Shown: positions 16,835-27,500, numbered from the stretch's first letter. The stretch is DNA of 64,000 nucleotides from Verrucomicrobiales bacterium (GCA_030730365.1 JANQVJ010000012.1:108642-172641); one strand, 5' to 3'. Numbers and translations: made by a program. The notes: generated by a model not told the origin, from the sequence alone.

Positions 16835-19810
16835 TCACTCCACATACACAAAAGCGTTCAGGTTCATCACGACGCGGGCGAAGCTTTCTTCGCCGTGCTT
16901 TTTCAAATGGCCGACGAGCACCGCTCGTTCTTCCGGCGTGGGAAGGCGTCCGATCGCGAGGCGGCAGGCGAGGTCGACTTTTTCTTCCGGCGACGCGGGG
17001 GCTTCGCGGCGGAGACGTTCGGCGAAGTGGATCGACATGGCCTCGACGAAACGATTGTTCCATTGCGTCAGCGCCTGTAGGGCGGTGGTGGATTCGTCGC
17101 GCCCGGGCACGCTCATGGAAGGATCGGCGCAGTCGAGCGTCGTTAGCATGGGCTGCGGCTGCGAGCGCACGACAAAGCGGTAGATCGTGCGGCGGTGGGC
17201 GGCAGGGTCGTTTGGATCGTGGAGGTGATACTGGTAATGGGGCGAATGTGCGGGTTTTTCGATGACAAAATCCTGAAAGGGTTTGCCGCCGACTTTTCGA
17301 TCGAGTTTTCCGCTCACCGCGAGGACCGAGTCGCGGAACTCTTCCGCCGAGAGTCTCCGCCGGTTCGCGCGCCAGAGGATCGTGTTGCCTCCGTCGATCG
17401 CGGCATTCGCCTCGTCGTGCGCGACCGAACGCCGGTAGGCCTCACTCGTGACGAGGAGACGGACGATTGATTTTAATGACTTGTCAGGATCATTCCGCAG
17501 CGTCGCAGCGAGGTAGTCGAGCAGTTCGGGATGGGTCGGCTCCAATCCGCCGCGCCCGAAGTCATTCGGCGTGCCGACGAGGGGCGCGCCGAAGGTCCAC
17601 TGCCAAAGCCGGTTCGCGATGGAGCGCCACGCGAGCGGATTGTCATCGCGGACGAGGTAGGCGGCGAGGGCGGCGCGGGCTTTTCCTTCGTCCCAGGTCT
17701 CGCCGGCGAGTTCGGGGAACTGTTCCGCTACGCCCGACCAGAGCGGCGGGGCCCCCGGCGAAACGGCATCGCCGGGAGAGCTGAGGTCTCCGCGATGGAG
17801 CACGTGAATGGGACGCGGCTTGCCGTCAGTCGGGCGGAAGCTGCCGCCCTGAGTGAAACGCGTCGCCGCCGCGTAGACGAGTTCGCCTTGCGGGAAGGTC
17901 TTCAGCTGTTCCTCGAGAGGAGCGAGTTCTTTCCCTATCGCTTCGAGTCGCGCGACGCTATCGGGCGTGCGCAGCGATTCCTCGATGGCACGCCGTTCGC
18001 TCTGCAAGGCGTGGAGTTCGGCGAGCGCCTTGTCGTTGGATAGCTCGCGGTGGTAAATGCCATCGACGAGGTTTGTCTTTCGCCAGCGCTCGCCCGATTC
18101 GATGCTGTCTTTCGACGTCACTGTCGCCGCCTTCGCCAGATTGATGGCGTCGGCGGCGGCGATCACTTCGAATTCGGCGAGCGCAAGCATGTAGTCGTCT
18201 TTCCGCTCGGCCAGTTTCGTGGCGGTGAGGCGGACAAAACGAAAGGCGCGGTCTGCGGTCGGGATTGTGATCGGTGCGGTACGGGGATTGGCCTGGTCGT
18301 GGCCGGTCGCGTCGTGGACGATGACCACGCCGCTTTTGAATTCCGCCTCGTCGGAGACCTCGACGCGGTATCGAAGGGGAAAGCCGAAGCCGCCGCCGAT
18401 CCCGGCGAAGTCGTCGTAGGCCGGCCGCAGGCGGATCTCGGCGACGGGAGCGGACTGCCCGAGGTCGAGCTGCACCCATTTTTCCTCGTCGTTTTTCTTC
18501 GTGATCTGGCTGTGGAAGCCATACTGCGGCTTCAATTCGTCGGAGCCGTGCTGCGTCTTCAGTTCCTCGATGCGGCGATCCACTCCTGAAGCTTTTTCGG
18601 CGACGAGCTTTTTGAAATCCCCCTCGAGCTTGCTCTTTTCATTCTTCAGCGTGTTGATTCGCGAAGTCAGCTCGAGGCGCGCTTTTTCCCGCTCGGGCGG
18701 CAGTCCGGCGTAGACCCGGTCGGCGCGATCAACGGCGGCGAAGACGGCGTGGAGACGGTAGTAGTCCTCCATGCGGATGGGATCGAACTTGTGATGATGA
18801 CACTGCGCGCACTGCACCGTCGTGCTCTGGAACGCGTTGAAGGTGGCGGAGATCATCTCGTCGCGGTCGAGGTGCTTGGCGATGCGACCGTCGAGCTTGC
18901 CTTCGCCGACTTCCCAGTGTCCGATGAAATCCCAGGGACCCGCCGCGAGGAAGCCAAGGGCAACGACGCCGTCGGGATCTCCGGGGAAGAGGATGTCGCC
19001 GGCGACCTGCTCCTCTACGAAGCGGGAGAAGGACTTGTCCTCATTGAAGCTGCCGATGACGTAGTCGCGATAGGGCCAGGCATTGGTGCGTGGCTTGTCT
19101 TTGTCATAGCCGTGCGTCTCGGCGTAGCGGGCGAGGTCGAGCCAGTGCTGGGCGAACTTTTCGCCGAAGGCGGGCGAGGCGAGGAGCCGGTCGGTGAGGT
19201 GGCGGATGGCGGATTTTGGATTTTGGATCGATTCGGCTTCGAAGGCGGCGATTTCTTCGGGTGAGGGCGGCAGGCCGGTGAGGTCGTAGGAGAGGCGGCG
19301 AATGAGCACGGCAGGCGTCGCCGCGGCGACAGGCTTCAGGCCCCGTTCGGCGAGGCGCTTTTCGATGAAGTAGTCGACCGGATTCCGGCCTGACAGGGTT
19401 GACTCATCGACCAAACCCTCTTTGATCGGGCGCAGGGACCACCAGTCGAGATCGCGCGGGGGATTGTAGGCGAGGGTCCGTTCGGCCGGCCAGGGAGCCC
19501 CGGCGGCGATCCAGTCGGAAAGGATTTTGACTTGAGCGTCCGTGAGCGGGGCCTCTTTTTTCGGCATCTGCGGTTCGGGTCCCGAGACGATCTCGATGAG
19601 GTCCCCGATGGAGCCATGGGAAAAGGCGGTCTCACGCGAGGAAAGGTCGAACTTTCCCTTCTTCGCATCCGCGTCGTGGCAGAAGAGACACTTCGCCTCG
19701 AGGATGGGAGCGACGTCTTTCTCGAAGTCGGGAGCCGCCTCGAGCAATCCGGGCGTGGCGATGCCGAACGTGGCCACGCTAAGCAAAAAGAGGCGCTGCA
19801 TCTTGAACAT
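16835..19810 (-). CDS. PSD1 (DUF1553)/DUF1549/planctomycete cytochrome c protein with an inserted F5/8-type-C (discoidin-like) domain
   Basis: CLFCH, WWSLRP, LIRRLSYDLTG, WLDLARYAET, CAQCHHHKFD, NRLWQWTFG, HPELLDYLA, ALQALTQWN. Start estimated. Confidence 0.92.
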   Translation of the reverse strand: MFKMQRLFLLSVATFGIATPGLLEAAPDFEKDVAPILEAKCLFCHDADAKKGKFDLSSRETAFSHGSIGDLIEIVSGPEPQMPKKEAPLTDAQVKILSDWIAAGAPWPAERTLAYNPPRDLDWWSLRPIKEGLVDESTLSGRNPVDYFIEKRLAERGLKPVAAATPAVLIRRLSYDLTGLPPSPEEIAAFEAESIQNPKSAIRHLTDRLLASPAFGEKFAQHWLDLARYAETHGYDKDKPRTNAWPYRDYVIGSFNEDKSFSRFVEEQVAGDILFPGDPDGVVALGFLAAGPWDFIGHWEVGEGKLDGRIAKHLDRDEMISATFNAFQSTTVQCAQCHHHKFDPIRMEDYYRLHAVFAAVDRADRVYAGLPPEREKARLELTSRINTLKNEKSKLEGDFKKLVAEKASGVDRRIEELKTQHGSDELKPQYGFHSQITKKNDEEKWVQLDLGQSAPVAEIRLRPAYDDFAGIGGGFGFPLRYRVEVSDEAEFKSGVVIVHDATGHDQANPRTAPITIPTADRAFRFVRLTATKLAERKDDYMLALAEFEVIAAADAINLAKAATVTSKDSIESGERWRKTNLVDGIYHRELSNDKALAELHALQSERRAIEESLRTPDSVARLEAIGKELAPLEEQLKTFPQGELVYAAATRFTQGGSFRPTDGKPRPIHVLHRGDLSSPGDAVSPGAPPLWSGVAEQFPELAGETWDEGKARAALAAYLVRDDNPLAWRSIANRLWQWTFGAPLVGTPNDFGRGGLEPTHPELLDYLAATLRNDPDKSLKSIVRLLVTSEAYRRSVAHDEANAAIDGGNTILWRANRRRLSAEEFRDSVLAVSGKLDRKVGGKPFQDFVIEKPAHSPHYQYHLHDPNDPAAHRRTIYRFVVRSQPQPMLTTLDCADPSMSVPGRDESTTALQALTQWNNRFVEAMSIHFAERLRREAPASPEEKVDLACRLAIGRLPTPEERAVLVGHLKKHGEESFARVVMNLNAFVYVE

Positions 19811-19875
19811 GCCTGAAGATGAGGGATTTGCGGCCTCCCCACAAGCCACGAAAACGCGTCACACGGTGACGTCGA

Positions 19876-20517
19876 TCAGACGAGCCCTTCGCGCAGGGCT
19901 TTGGCGACGGCACCGCCGAGGGTGTTGACGTGGAGCTTGCGGTAGATGCGCCGCACGTAGTTGTCGACCGTGTGGATGCTAAGGTCGAGACGGTCGGCGA
20001 TCTCCTTCTTCGCCAGTCCGTCGACGAGGCAGCGTAGGACTTCCTCTTCACGCTCGGAGAGGTGCACCTCGCTGCCGGCCGGCTGGAGCTGGCTGAAGCG
20101 GGCGACGACGAGTCGGGCGATCTCGGGTGTCATGGGTGATCCGCCTTCGATGACCTCGCGCACCGCCGCGGCGATGCGGTCGGGGGACTCGGACTTCAGC
20201 AGGTAGCCCGAGGCTCCGGCGCAGAGGGCTTCGAAGATTTTTTCCCTGTCATCGAAGACGGTGAACATGACGATCTCGGTCGCGGGAAAGCGTTCTTTGA
20301 AAAGCCGGATGCCCGCAATCCCCGACATGCCGGATAGCCCGATGTCGAGAACGATCGCATCGGGGGCGGGACCGTCCGAGGCGAGGGCTGCCTCGCACGA
20401 AGCGAAGGTCGTCGCCAGGCCGGTGCCCGATTCCGTGATGATCTCGGCGAGTGTGGAGCGGAGGAGGGAGTGGTCCTCGACGATCCAGACGGCGGGCAGG
20501 GGGAGCGGGGCGGACAT
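19876..20517 (-). CDS. NarL/LuxR family response regulator
   Basis: IVEDH, VLDIGL receiver domain, GASGYLLK, LSEREEEVL..GLAKKEIADRLDLSIHTV HTH. Confidence 0.93.
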   Translation of the reverse strand: MSAPLPLPAVWIVEDHSLLRSTLAEIITESGTGLATTFASCEAALASDGPAPDAIVLDIGLSGMSGIAGIRLFKERFPATEIVMFTVFDDREKIFEALCAGASGYLLKSESPDRIAAAVREVIEGGSPMTPEIARLVVARFSQLQPAGSEVHLSEREEEVLRCLVDGLAKKEIADRLDLSIHTVDNYVRRIYRKLHVNTLGGAVAKALREGLV

Positions 20518-20519
20518 GG

Positions 20520-22508
20520 TCAGGGGCGGGGCAGGGGAATCTCGAGGATGACGTTGGTGCCGGCTCCGGGAGCAGACTCGATGTGGCAGGTTCCGCCGAG
20601 GACTCTCGCCCGTGCTTGGAAATTGAGAAGTCCGCGTCCGCGCCCCGTCTCCGGCGAGCTCAGGTCAAAGCCGGATCCGTTGTCGCCGACACGCATAGTC
20701 AGGGTGGAGTCGCTCCAGTTTATCCGAACGGTGACCGAGGTCGCTCCGGCGTGTTTTTGTGCGTTTGTCAGGGATTCCTTCAGAAAAAGGACGATCTCGC
20801 GCGCCCATTCGATGGGTGGGCTCCCGGCGGGCGGGTGACCCTCACTCTCGAAGCGATGCGCGACGCCCTCGAGGAGCCGTTCGGCGATGTTTTCCATCCG
20901 CGTCTCGAGATCGGTCCAGCTCCCCGCGACGGGGGCGAGCAGCCAGACGACGTCACGCATGTTGTCGAGCGTCTCGCGGGCGGAATCCGAGATCGAGGCA
21001 AGACGTTCCGCCACCGGATCACCCTCGCTGATGCGGCTGCGGGCGAGGTCGCTCTGCAGGGCGAGATGGCTGAGGCTGGCGCCGAGTTCGTCGTGGAGAT
21101 CACCGGCGATGCGCCGCTTCAACTCCTCCGCTGCGAGGACCGCGCGGCGGCGCTGGGCAAGGATGACGATGACGGCTCCGAGGGCGATAAGGACAACGGC
21201 GAGACCGGCGCCGTAGAGCCAACGCCGCAGCGTTTGTTCGCGATTTTTCTCGACGAGGATGGCGAGGGCACCGGCCCGTGTCTCCAGTTCCTCGCGCTCG
21301 GAGAGGGCATCGAGCCAGGCCTGCCACGAGGTGAGATCGTTGCGGCTGGAAAATCCGTCGGTGAGCGCCTCGAGACGCCAGAGGCCGGTCGTGGTCGCGT
21401 CGGCGGCGGTGACGTTTTTTCCGGCGGCGACATTTCCCCCTGCTGACCAGGCCTGCAGTTCGGCGAGGGCGAAGATGTAGTCATCGGTCCGTCGCCAGAG
21501 TTCCAGCGCTTCGACTCGGAGATAACGCACGGCACCACGAGTACCCGGGAGGATCACCGCGGCCGCCCCGGGGTTGCGATAGGGTGCCTCGCCGGAGTCG
21601 AAGATCACTGTTTCCACCCCGCTCGCGCTGCGCCCCGTCACCCGGAAGCGCGGCGGAAAACCGAAGCCCGCGGTATCGGCAAAGTCGCGCGGGTGGGCGG
21701 GAAAGAGGTGGATCCCGTCAATAACCGCGTCCCCGCCGAGATCGACCTCGACCCACTTCGGCGGGGTCGCTCCGCTCGTTTCGATGAGGCTGTGGTAGCC
21801 GTTGCTCGGAGACTCCGCTTTTCCCGCAAAGGGCAGACACCAGAGAAAGCCGTCGGTGAGATTCGAGACCTGCCAGCGGGGAGCGTTCTCGATCGAGGCC
21901 GTCGTCGTGACGGATCGGTGCAGCGCGACGTTGGCGCCTTTCTCCAGCACGACAATCTCGCCGAGAGTGAAGAAGTTACCGCGCCCGGTGCCGCGCTCCC
22001 TCGATCCGGTGACGGATACCCTGACAAATCGACCACTTGCTCCGTTCCCCGAGATGCGGAGAAAAGGCAGCCTGGTCGCGGCTCCGTCGGTCTCTTCGCT
22101 CCAGCGGACGAGGCGGATGGGACGGGCAAAGGTCACCTCGTCCGCGATCTCGACAGTGACGGCGGGCGGGAATCCATTCGACGCATCACTGCCCGGTGCG
22201 TCGGTGGGAAGGCGGGCAGGGAAGAGAATGATCTCGTCGGGGATGACTTCGCGACCGAGATCGACGACGAGGTGATTAGGATCACGCGGCGTGCCGTAGA
22301 GACCGATGCGTCCGTGGATCTGCTCGGAGGGGATCAAGGTGGGGAGCGTCCCGAGGAGACTTCCGAGGTCTTCCAGTTGTTGCTGCGGCGATGCTGAGGG
22401 ATCCTGTGCGAGAGACGGCTGCGACAGGCTTAGAGCGACTGAGAGCGAGAGGAATGAGACGGTGGGATTCAATACGGTTGAATCATAGCATGGCGCAGGA
22501 TGAGGCAA
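20520..22508 (-). CDS. Sensor histidine kinase (HisKA_3/HATPase) with tandem extracellular discoidin-like domains
   Basis: Signal peptide, two xVDLG...RxxRV...LxE units, one TM (WLYGAGLAVVLIALGAVIVILA), RIAGDLHDELG, ESLTNAQKH, DNGSGF, GRGLLN. True start may be TTG at 22472. Confidence 0.9.
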   Translation of the reverse strand: MPHPAPCYDSTVLNPTVSFLSLSVALSLSQPSLAQDPSASPQQQLEDLGSLLGTLPTLIPSEQIHGRIGLYGTPRDPNHLVVDLGREVIPDEIILFPARLPTDAPGSDASNGFPPAVTVEIADEVTFARPIRLVRWSEETDGAATRLPFLRISGNGASGRFVRVSVTGSRERGTGRGNFFTLGEIVVLEKGANVALHRSVTTTASIENAPRWQVSNLTDGFLWCLPFAGKAESPSNGYHSLIETSGATPPKWVEVDLGGDAVIDGIHLFPAHPRDFADTAGFGFPPRFRVTGRSASGVETVIFDSGEAPYRNPGAAAVILPGTRGAVRYLRVEALELWRRTDDYIFALAELQAWSAGGNVAAGKNVTAADATTTGLWRLEALTDGFSSRNDLTSWQAWLDALSEREELETRAGALAILVEKNREQTLRRWLYGAGLAVVLIALGAVIVILAQRRRAVLAAEELKRRIAGDLHDELGASLSHLALQSDLARSRISEGDPVAERLASISDSARETLDNMRDVVWLLAPVAGSWTDLETRMENIAERLLEGVAHRFESEGHPPAGSPPIEWAREIVLFLKESLTNAQKHAGATSVTVRINWSDSTLTMRVGDNGSGFDLSSPETGRGRGLLNFQARARVLGGTCHIESAPGAGTNVILEIPLPRP

Positions 22509-23003
22509 AGCTCATTCAACGTGTAAAGAGAGTGAGGCATGCCGTGATCACGGGCTCGTGACCTGCGCAGAGGCACTGCTACCCTGCTCTTGCCTTGGTC
22601 GCTTCTCCCTTTTTCCTGAGGATACGTTTCTTTCCCCTTGTTTTGCTTCTCGCCGGAAAGGCGATCGCCGATATCGTGAAAGTAGTGGTGTGAGACCGCG
22701 CGCCCTTCGCTGAGGGAAACGGGCAGGACTACCCTTCGTCGTGGCTGGCAGGGCCGGGGAGTCCTGCACAAGCGACCGCGACGATGGTGCACTCAAAACG
22801 CTGGCGGGAACTTACCTGAATGTCGGAGACTCAGGGGCGGCTCTCGCGCTGCTCGTTTCCCGCTCGTTACAGTTCCGTCTTCGCCCAAAGCAGAATCAGG
22901 ACGCGAGTATGAAGATGAAGACGGATGAATTGCAGATCACCCTCGAGTCCATCGCGCTCTTTGCGTAGGGGGGATTTGGGAGGGGAGTTACCCCATCATC
23001 CCG

Positions 23004-24461
23004 TCATCCCATCAACGCCTTCACCGGCTTCACCATCTCCACACCGGTAAGTCGACCGTCGAGGCCCTGGTGTTTGTAGGTGAGGCGAAGGTGATCGAAG
23101 CCTAGCAGGTGCATCACGGTGGCGTGGAATTCGCTGATGTGGAGCGGATCGCGGACGATGTTGTAGCTGAAGTCGTCGGTCTCGCCGTAGATCGTTCCGC
23201 CTTTAGCCCCTCCTCCGGCCATCCACATGCTGAAGCAGCGGGGATGGTGGTCGCGTCCGTAGTTTTCCTTCGAGAGATTTCCCTGACTGTAAATGGTGCG
23301 TCCGAACTCCCCGCCCCAGATGATGAGCGTGTCTTCGAACATGCCGCGCTGCTTGAGATCCTGAATGAGGGCGGCGCAGGGCTGGTCGATGTCGCGGCAC
23401 TGGTCGGGCATGCGGCCGCCGACATTGGAGTGGTGGTCCCAGTTGTTGTGATAGATCTGGACAAAGCGCACCCCGCGCTCGGCGAGACGGCGGGCCATGA
23501 GGACGGAGTTGGCAAAGCTCCCGGGCTTCTTCGCGGACTCGCCGTAGAGCTTGTAGACGTGATCGGGCTCGGACGCAATGTCGGTGAGTTCGGGCACGCT
23601 CGCCTGCATGCGGAAGGCCATTTCGTATTGCTGGATGCGGACGCGGGTCTCGGGATCGCCGAAGGCCTCGTAGTTCATCTGGTTCATCCCGTTGATCCCC
23701 TCGATCGTCTGCCGACGGACGGAGTTAGGTACGCCGGGAGGATTGTTGATGAAGAGGATGGGATCGCCCTTGCTGCGGAAGGAGACGCCGGCGTGTTCTC
23801 CGGGGAGGTATCCGCTCGACCAGAGGCGGGCGGAGATGGCCTGCTCCTGCTCGCGGTTGGTCGGGGTCGCGACGAGGACGACGAAGGTGGGCAGATTTTC
23901 ATTCATCGAACCGAGCCCATAAGAAGCCCATGCCCCGAGGCAGGGCCGTCCGGTGACCTGATTGCCGGTTTGCATTGCGGCGATGGCGGGCTCGTGATTG
24001 ATTGCCTCGGTGTGGAGGGAACGCATCCAGCAGATGTCGTCGGCGCGTTCGCCGAGGTGGGGGAGCAGGTCGGAGTTCATCCACATGCCGCACTCGCCGC
24101 GCTGCGCGAAGTTGAACTTCGACGGAGCGATGGGGAAGCGGGCCTGGCCACTCGTCATCGTGGTAAGACGCTGCCCCTGCCGGATACTCTCGGGGAGGTC
24201 TTTGTCATACATCTTCACCATCTCAGGCTTGTAGTCGAAGAGATCCATCTGCGAAGGTCCACCGACCATGTGGAGGTAGATGACGCGTTTCGCCTTGGCG
24301 GGGAAGTGGGTCACGGGGAGCGAGACTTCGGGCTCGGCCGCGGAAAAGACCCGGCGCGGACCCATCAGCGACGCGAGAGCGGCGGAGCCGAGGAGATTAC
24401 GACCTTTCGCGAAGAAATGGCGGCGGGTTTGGTTGAGGAGAAGGTCGGGGGGGAGGTTCAT
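23004..24461 (-). CDS. DUF1501 domain protein, Tat-exported
   Basis: QTRRHFF twin-arginine motif, AKRVIYLHMVGGPSQMDLFDYKP, ARRLAERGVRFVQ, GGEFGRT, GRDHHP. Confidence 0.92.
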   Translation of the reverse strand: MNLPPDLLLNQTRRHFFAKGRNLLGSAALASLMGPRRVFSAAEPEVSLPVTHFPAKAKRVIYLHMVGGPSQMDLFDYKPEMVKMYDKDLPESIRQGQRLTTMTSGQARFPIAPSKFNFAQRGECGMWMNSDLLPHLGERADDICWMRSLHTEAINHEPAIAAMQTGNQVTGRPCLGAWASYGLGSMNENLPTFVVLVATPTNREQEQAISARLWSSGYLPGEHAGVSFRSKGDPILFINNPPGVPNSVRRQTIEGINGMNQMNYEAFGDPETRVRIQQYEMAFRMQASVPELTDIASEPDHVYKLYGESAKKPGSFANSVLMARRLAERGVRFVQIYHNNWDHHSNVGGRMPDQCRDIDQPCAALIQDLKQRGMFEDTLIIWGGEFGRTIYSQGNLSKENYGRDHHPRCFSMWMAGGGAKGGTIYGETDDFSYNIVRDPLHISEFHATVMHLLGFDHLRLTYKHQGLDGRLTGVEMVKPVKALMG

Positions 24462-24578
24462 CTTTAAATGCTACTCTGTTAGATTCGATTCTGACCACGA
24501 ATGGGCACTAATTTTCACGAATGAAGAAAGGACCGTTCGGCGGGAATTTGCTTTTTCGTGGTAATGAGAGGTCTGCGA

Positions 24579-27500
24579 CTATTTATTCAGCGCCTCATCC
24601 AAATTCATTAACTGATTGCAAACCATCGTCCACGCCGCGAGGACGGGCGGGGCGATGGCTTTTTCGGCGGGGTTTTCGCCCACGGCGAGGAGGGCGGCGG
24701 TGTCTTCGGGAGTCGTCTGGTAGTGGCTGAGGAGCGAGTGATGGCTCGACTGCATAAGGTTTTTCTCGACCTCGCTGAGGGGTCGGGAAAGGAGACGGCG
24801 GGCGATGAGGTCGAGGGTGTGTTCGTCGTCACCTTTGCTCTCCTGCAGGGCGAGGGTCGCGAGGCGTCGGGCGGCTTCGATGAACTGGGGATCGTTCAGC
24901 GTCACGAGCGCCTGAAGCGGGGTGTTGGTGCGGTCGCGCTTGAGACAGCTGACCTCGCGGTTTGGTGCATTGAAGATTTCCATGCTCGCCGGCGGGGCCA
25001 TGCGCTTCCAGTAGTTGTAGACAGTGCGACGATAAAGGCCATCGCCTTTGTCCTGTGCGTATTTGGCGTTGCCCATGCCGACGGTTTCCCAGACGTTCTC
25101 GGGTTGGTAGGGTTTCGTGCCGGGACCACCCATGGTGGTGGAGAGCGTCCCGCTCGCGGCAAGGGCGCTGTCGCGTATCATCTCGCCGTCCATGCGGTAG
25201 CGCGGACCGCGGCTGAGGAGGCGATTGTCGCGGTCTTTCTCGATCTTGTCCGGGGTAGCCATTGCGGACTGACGGTAGGCGGACGACATGAGGATAGTCT
25301 TGAAAAGGGCTTTCGTGTCCCAGCCCGATTCGATGAATGTCAGGGCGAGCCAGTCGAGGAGTTCGGGGTGGCTGGGGGCGGCGCCCATGAGCCCGAAGTC
25401 GTCGGGGGTGGCGACGATGCCGGTGCCGAAGATCTCCTGCCAGAAGCGATTCACGGTGACGCGGGCGGTGAGAGGATTCTGCGGATCGACGAGCCACTTT
25501 GCAAGGCCGAGGCGGTTCGCGGGAGCACCCTCAGGGAGCGGGTGGAGGACGGCAGGCGGGGCGGCGGCGACCTGCTCACCGACCATGTCGTAGGCACCGC
25601 GCTCGAGGATGTTCGCCATCGCGGGCGAGTCCTTTTTCTCTTCCTGGATGTGGGTCACGGGGCTGCGCCCTTTGATCGTGTCGCGCTCACCCTCGAGTTT
25701 TGCGACGGCGAGATTGAGATCCTGCCAGGGCTTGTCGCGGGTCGCCAGGTAGTTGGCGAAAAGACTCTCAGTCTGTTCGGGCTTGCGCTTCTCCCCGGCG
25801 GCAAGGGCAGCATTGAGAGCGGGGAGTTGGTGGAGACTGGCTGCCTCGGCGGGGGTGAGTCGCTTGGTGAAAAGGCGCAGGTCCTGGACCTGCCCGTCTT
25901 CGAAGAACATGCCGGTGCTGCGCTGACCGAGGCGCAGGGGCGTGTTCGTACGGGTCTCGGCGTCGGCCTTGAGTTTGTCGGTGGTGGCGCGCAGGGGAGT
26001 GTCGGCTCCGTTCACGTAGAGTTTCACGCCGCCGGGTTTGCCGCTGCCGTCATAGGTCACAGTGAGGTGTTGCCACTGGCCGGGTGAGAGGACGGCGCGG
26101 GTCGTGGTGACCTTGAGCGCGTTTTCGGGCCAGGTGTCGATGAGGTGAAAGGCGAGGTTGCGGTTTTCCTGGAGGATGTCCCAGCCGCGGTGAGCTGCCT
26201 TGTCATCCATGCGGGCGATGATGGATCCGCTGAAGCCATCTTTCGGCGAGCGGACCCAGAGGGAGATGGTGAATGGTTCGTTGCGGGCGAAGTTTCCGAG
26301 ATCACCGAGTTCGATTGGAGTTTCTTTTTTCAGAACAGGGGCTTGACCGAATTTGCCTCCAGCAGCCCAGGCGAGTTCTCCGGTCGCTTTGAAGTTCGCT
26401 CCGGCGGGCAGTCGCGCGGCGAGATCCGGGCCCTTGCCCTCGTTAAGCGGGAGATGGGCGACGAGGCCGTCTTCGGGCATGGTGTCTTCAAGGGCGGCCG
26501 GTGTCGCGGAGGCGAGCCAGGTGTCGAATTCGGGCTTCGCGGCGTTGCGGCGTTCCTGTCGTTTTGTCGAGGCGGCGGTGATCTCGCCGGGCAGGGCGGT
26601 CCAGCGGGGGCGATCGGCGTCGCCCGGGACGACGAGGATGGGGCCGCTGTCTTTCACGTTGCCGTCCTTGGGACCCTGGGTCGTGTTGCGGAAAAAGGCG
26701 GCCATGGAGTAATAGTCCTTCGCCGAGAGGGGGTCGAACTTGTGATCGTGGCACTGCGCGCAGTTGAGAGTGAGGCCGAGATAGATCCAACCGAGGGTCT
26801 GGACCCTGTCAGAGGCATAAAGGGCGATGTTTTCCTCGTCGATCGTGCCGCCTTCGTTGGTCGTCATGTTGCAACGCTGGAAGCCGGTCGCGATGAGCTG
26901 GTCTTCGGTGGGCGAGGGGAGGAGGTCGCCGGCGATTTGCTCGACAGTGAACTGGTCGAAGGAAAGGTTGCGGTTGAAGGCACCGATGACCCAGTCGCGG
27001 TAGAGCCACATCTCGCGGTAATTGTCGAAATGGAGACCATGGGTGTCGGCGTAGCGGGCCGCGTCGAGCCAGTAGCGGCCGCGGTGCTCGCCCCAGTGCG
27101 GCGAGGCGAGGTACTGATCGATTAGCTTTTCGTAGGCCTTCGGATCCTGATCGGCGACAAAGGTCTCGACCTCGGCGGGGGTCGGGGGCAGGCCGGTGAT
27201 GTCAAGAGCAACGCGCCGGGCGAGGGCGCGGCGATCTGCCTCTGGTGCCGGAGAGAGTCCGGCCTTGTCAAGTCCGGCGAAGATGAATTGATCGATGGGA
27301 TTCGATACCCGGTCCTTTGCCGAGACTTCGGGGAGAGCGGGTTGCTCAGGCTTAACAAAACTCCAGTGTGGCTGCCATTTCGCCCCGTCGTTGATCCATC
27401 GGCGGATGATCTCGATCTGCTCGGGCTTGAGTTCCTTGTGGGAATCCGGCGGCGGCATGATGTCGTCGGGACTGTCAGCGATAAGGCGATCGTAGAGGGG

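Noticed and set aside
22700-22830. Partial resemblance to TPP (GCTGAG) or fluoride (GATGG..AAACGCT) riboswitch motifs
   Set aside because: The required paired stems and 3' conserved blocks are missing, and the downstream context does not fit.
22469-22968. Short ORFs 22469-22792(-), 22548-22796(-), 22741-22968(+)
   Set aside because: They overlap each other, show no recognisable domain and have atypical composition.
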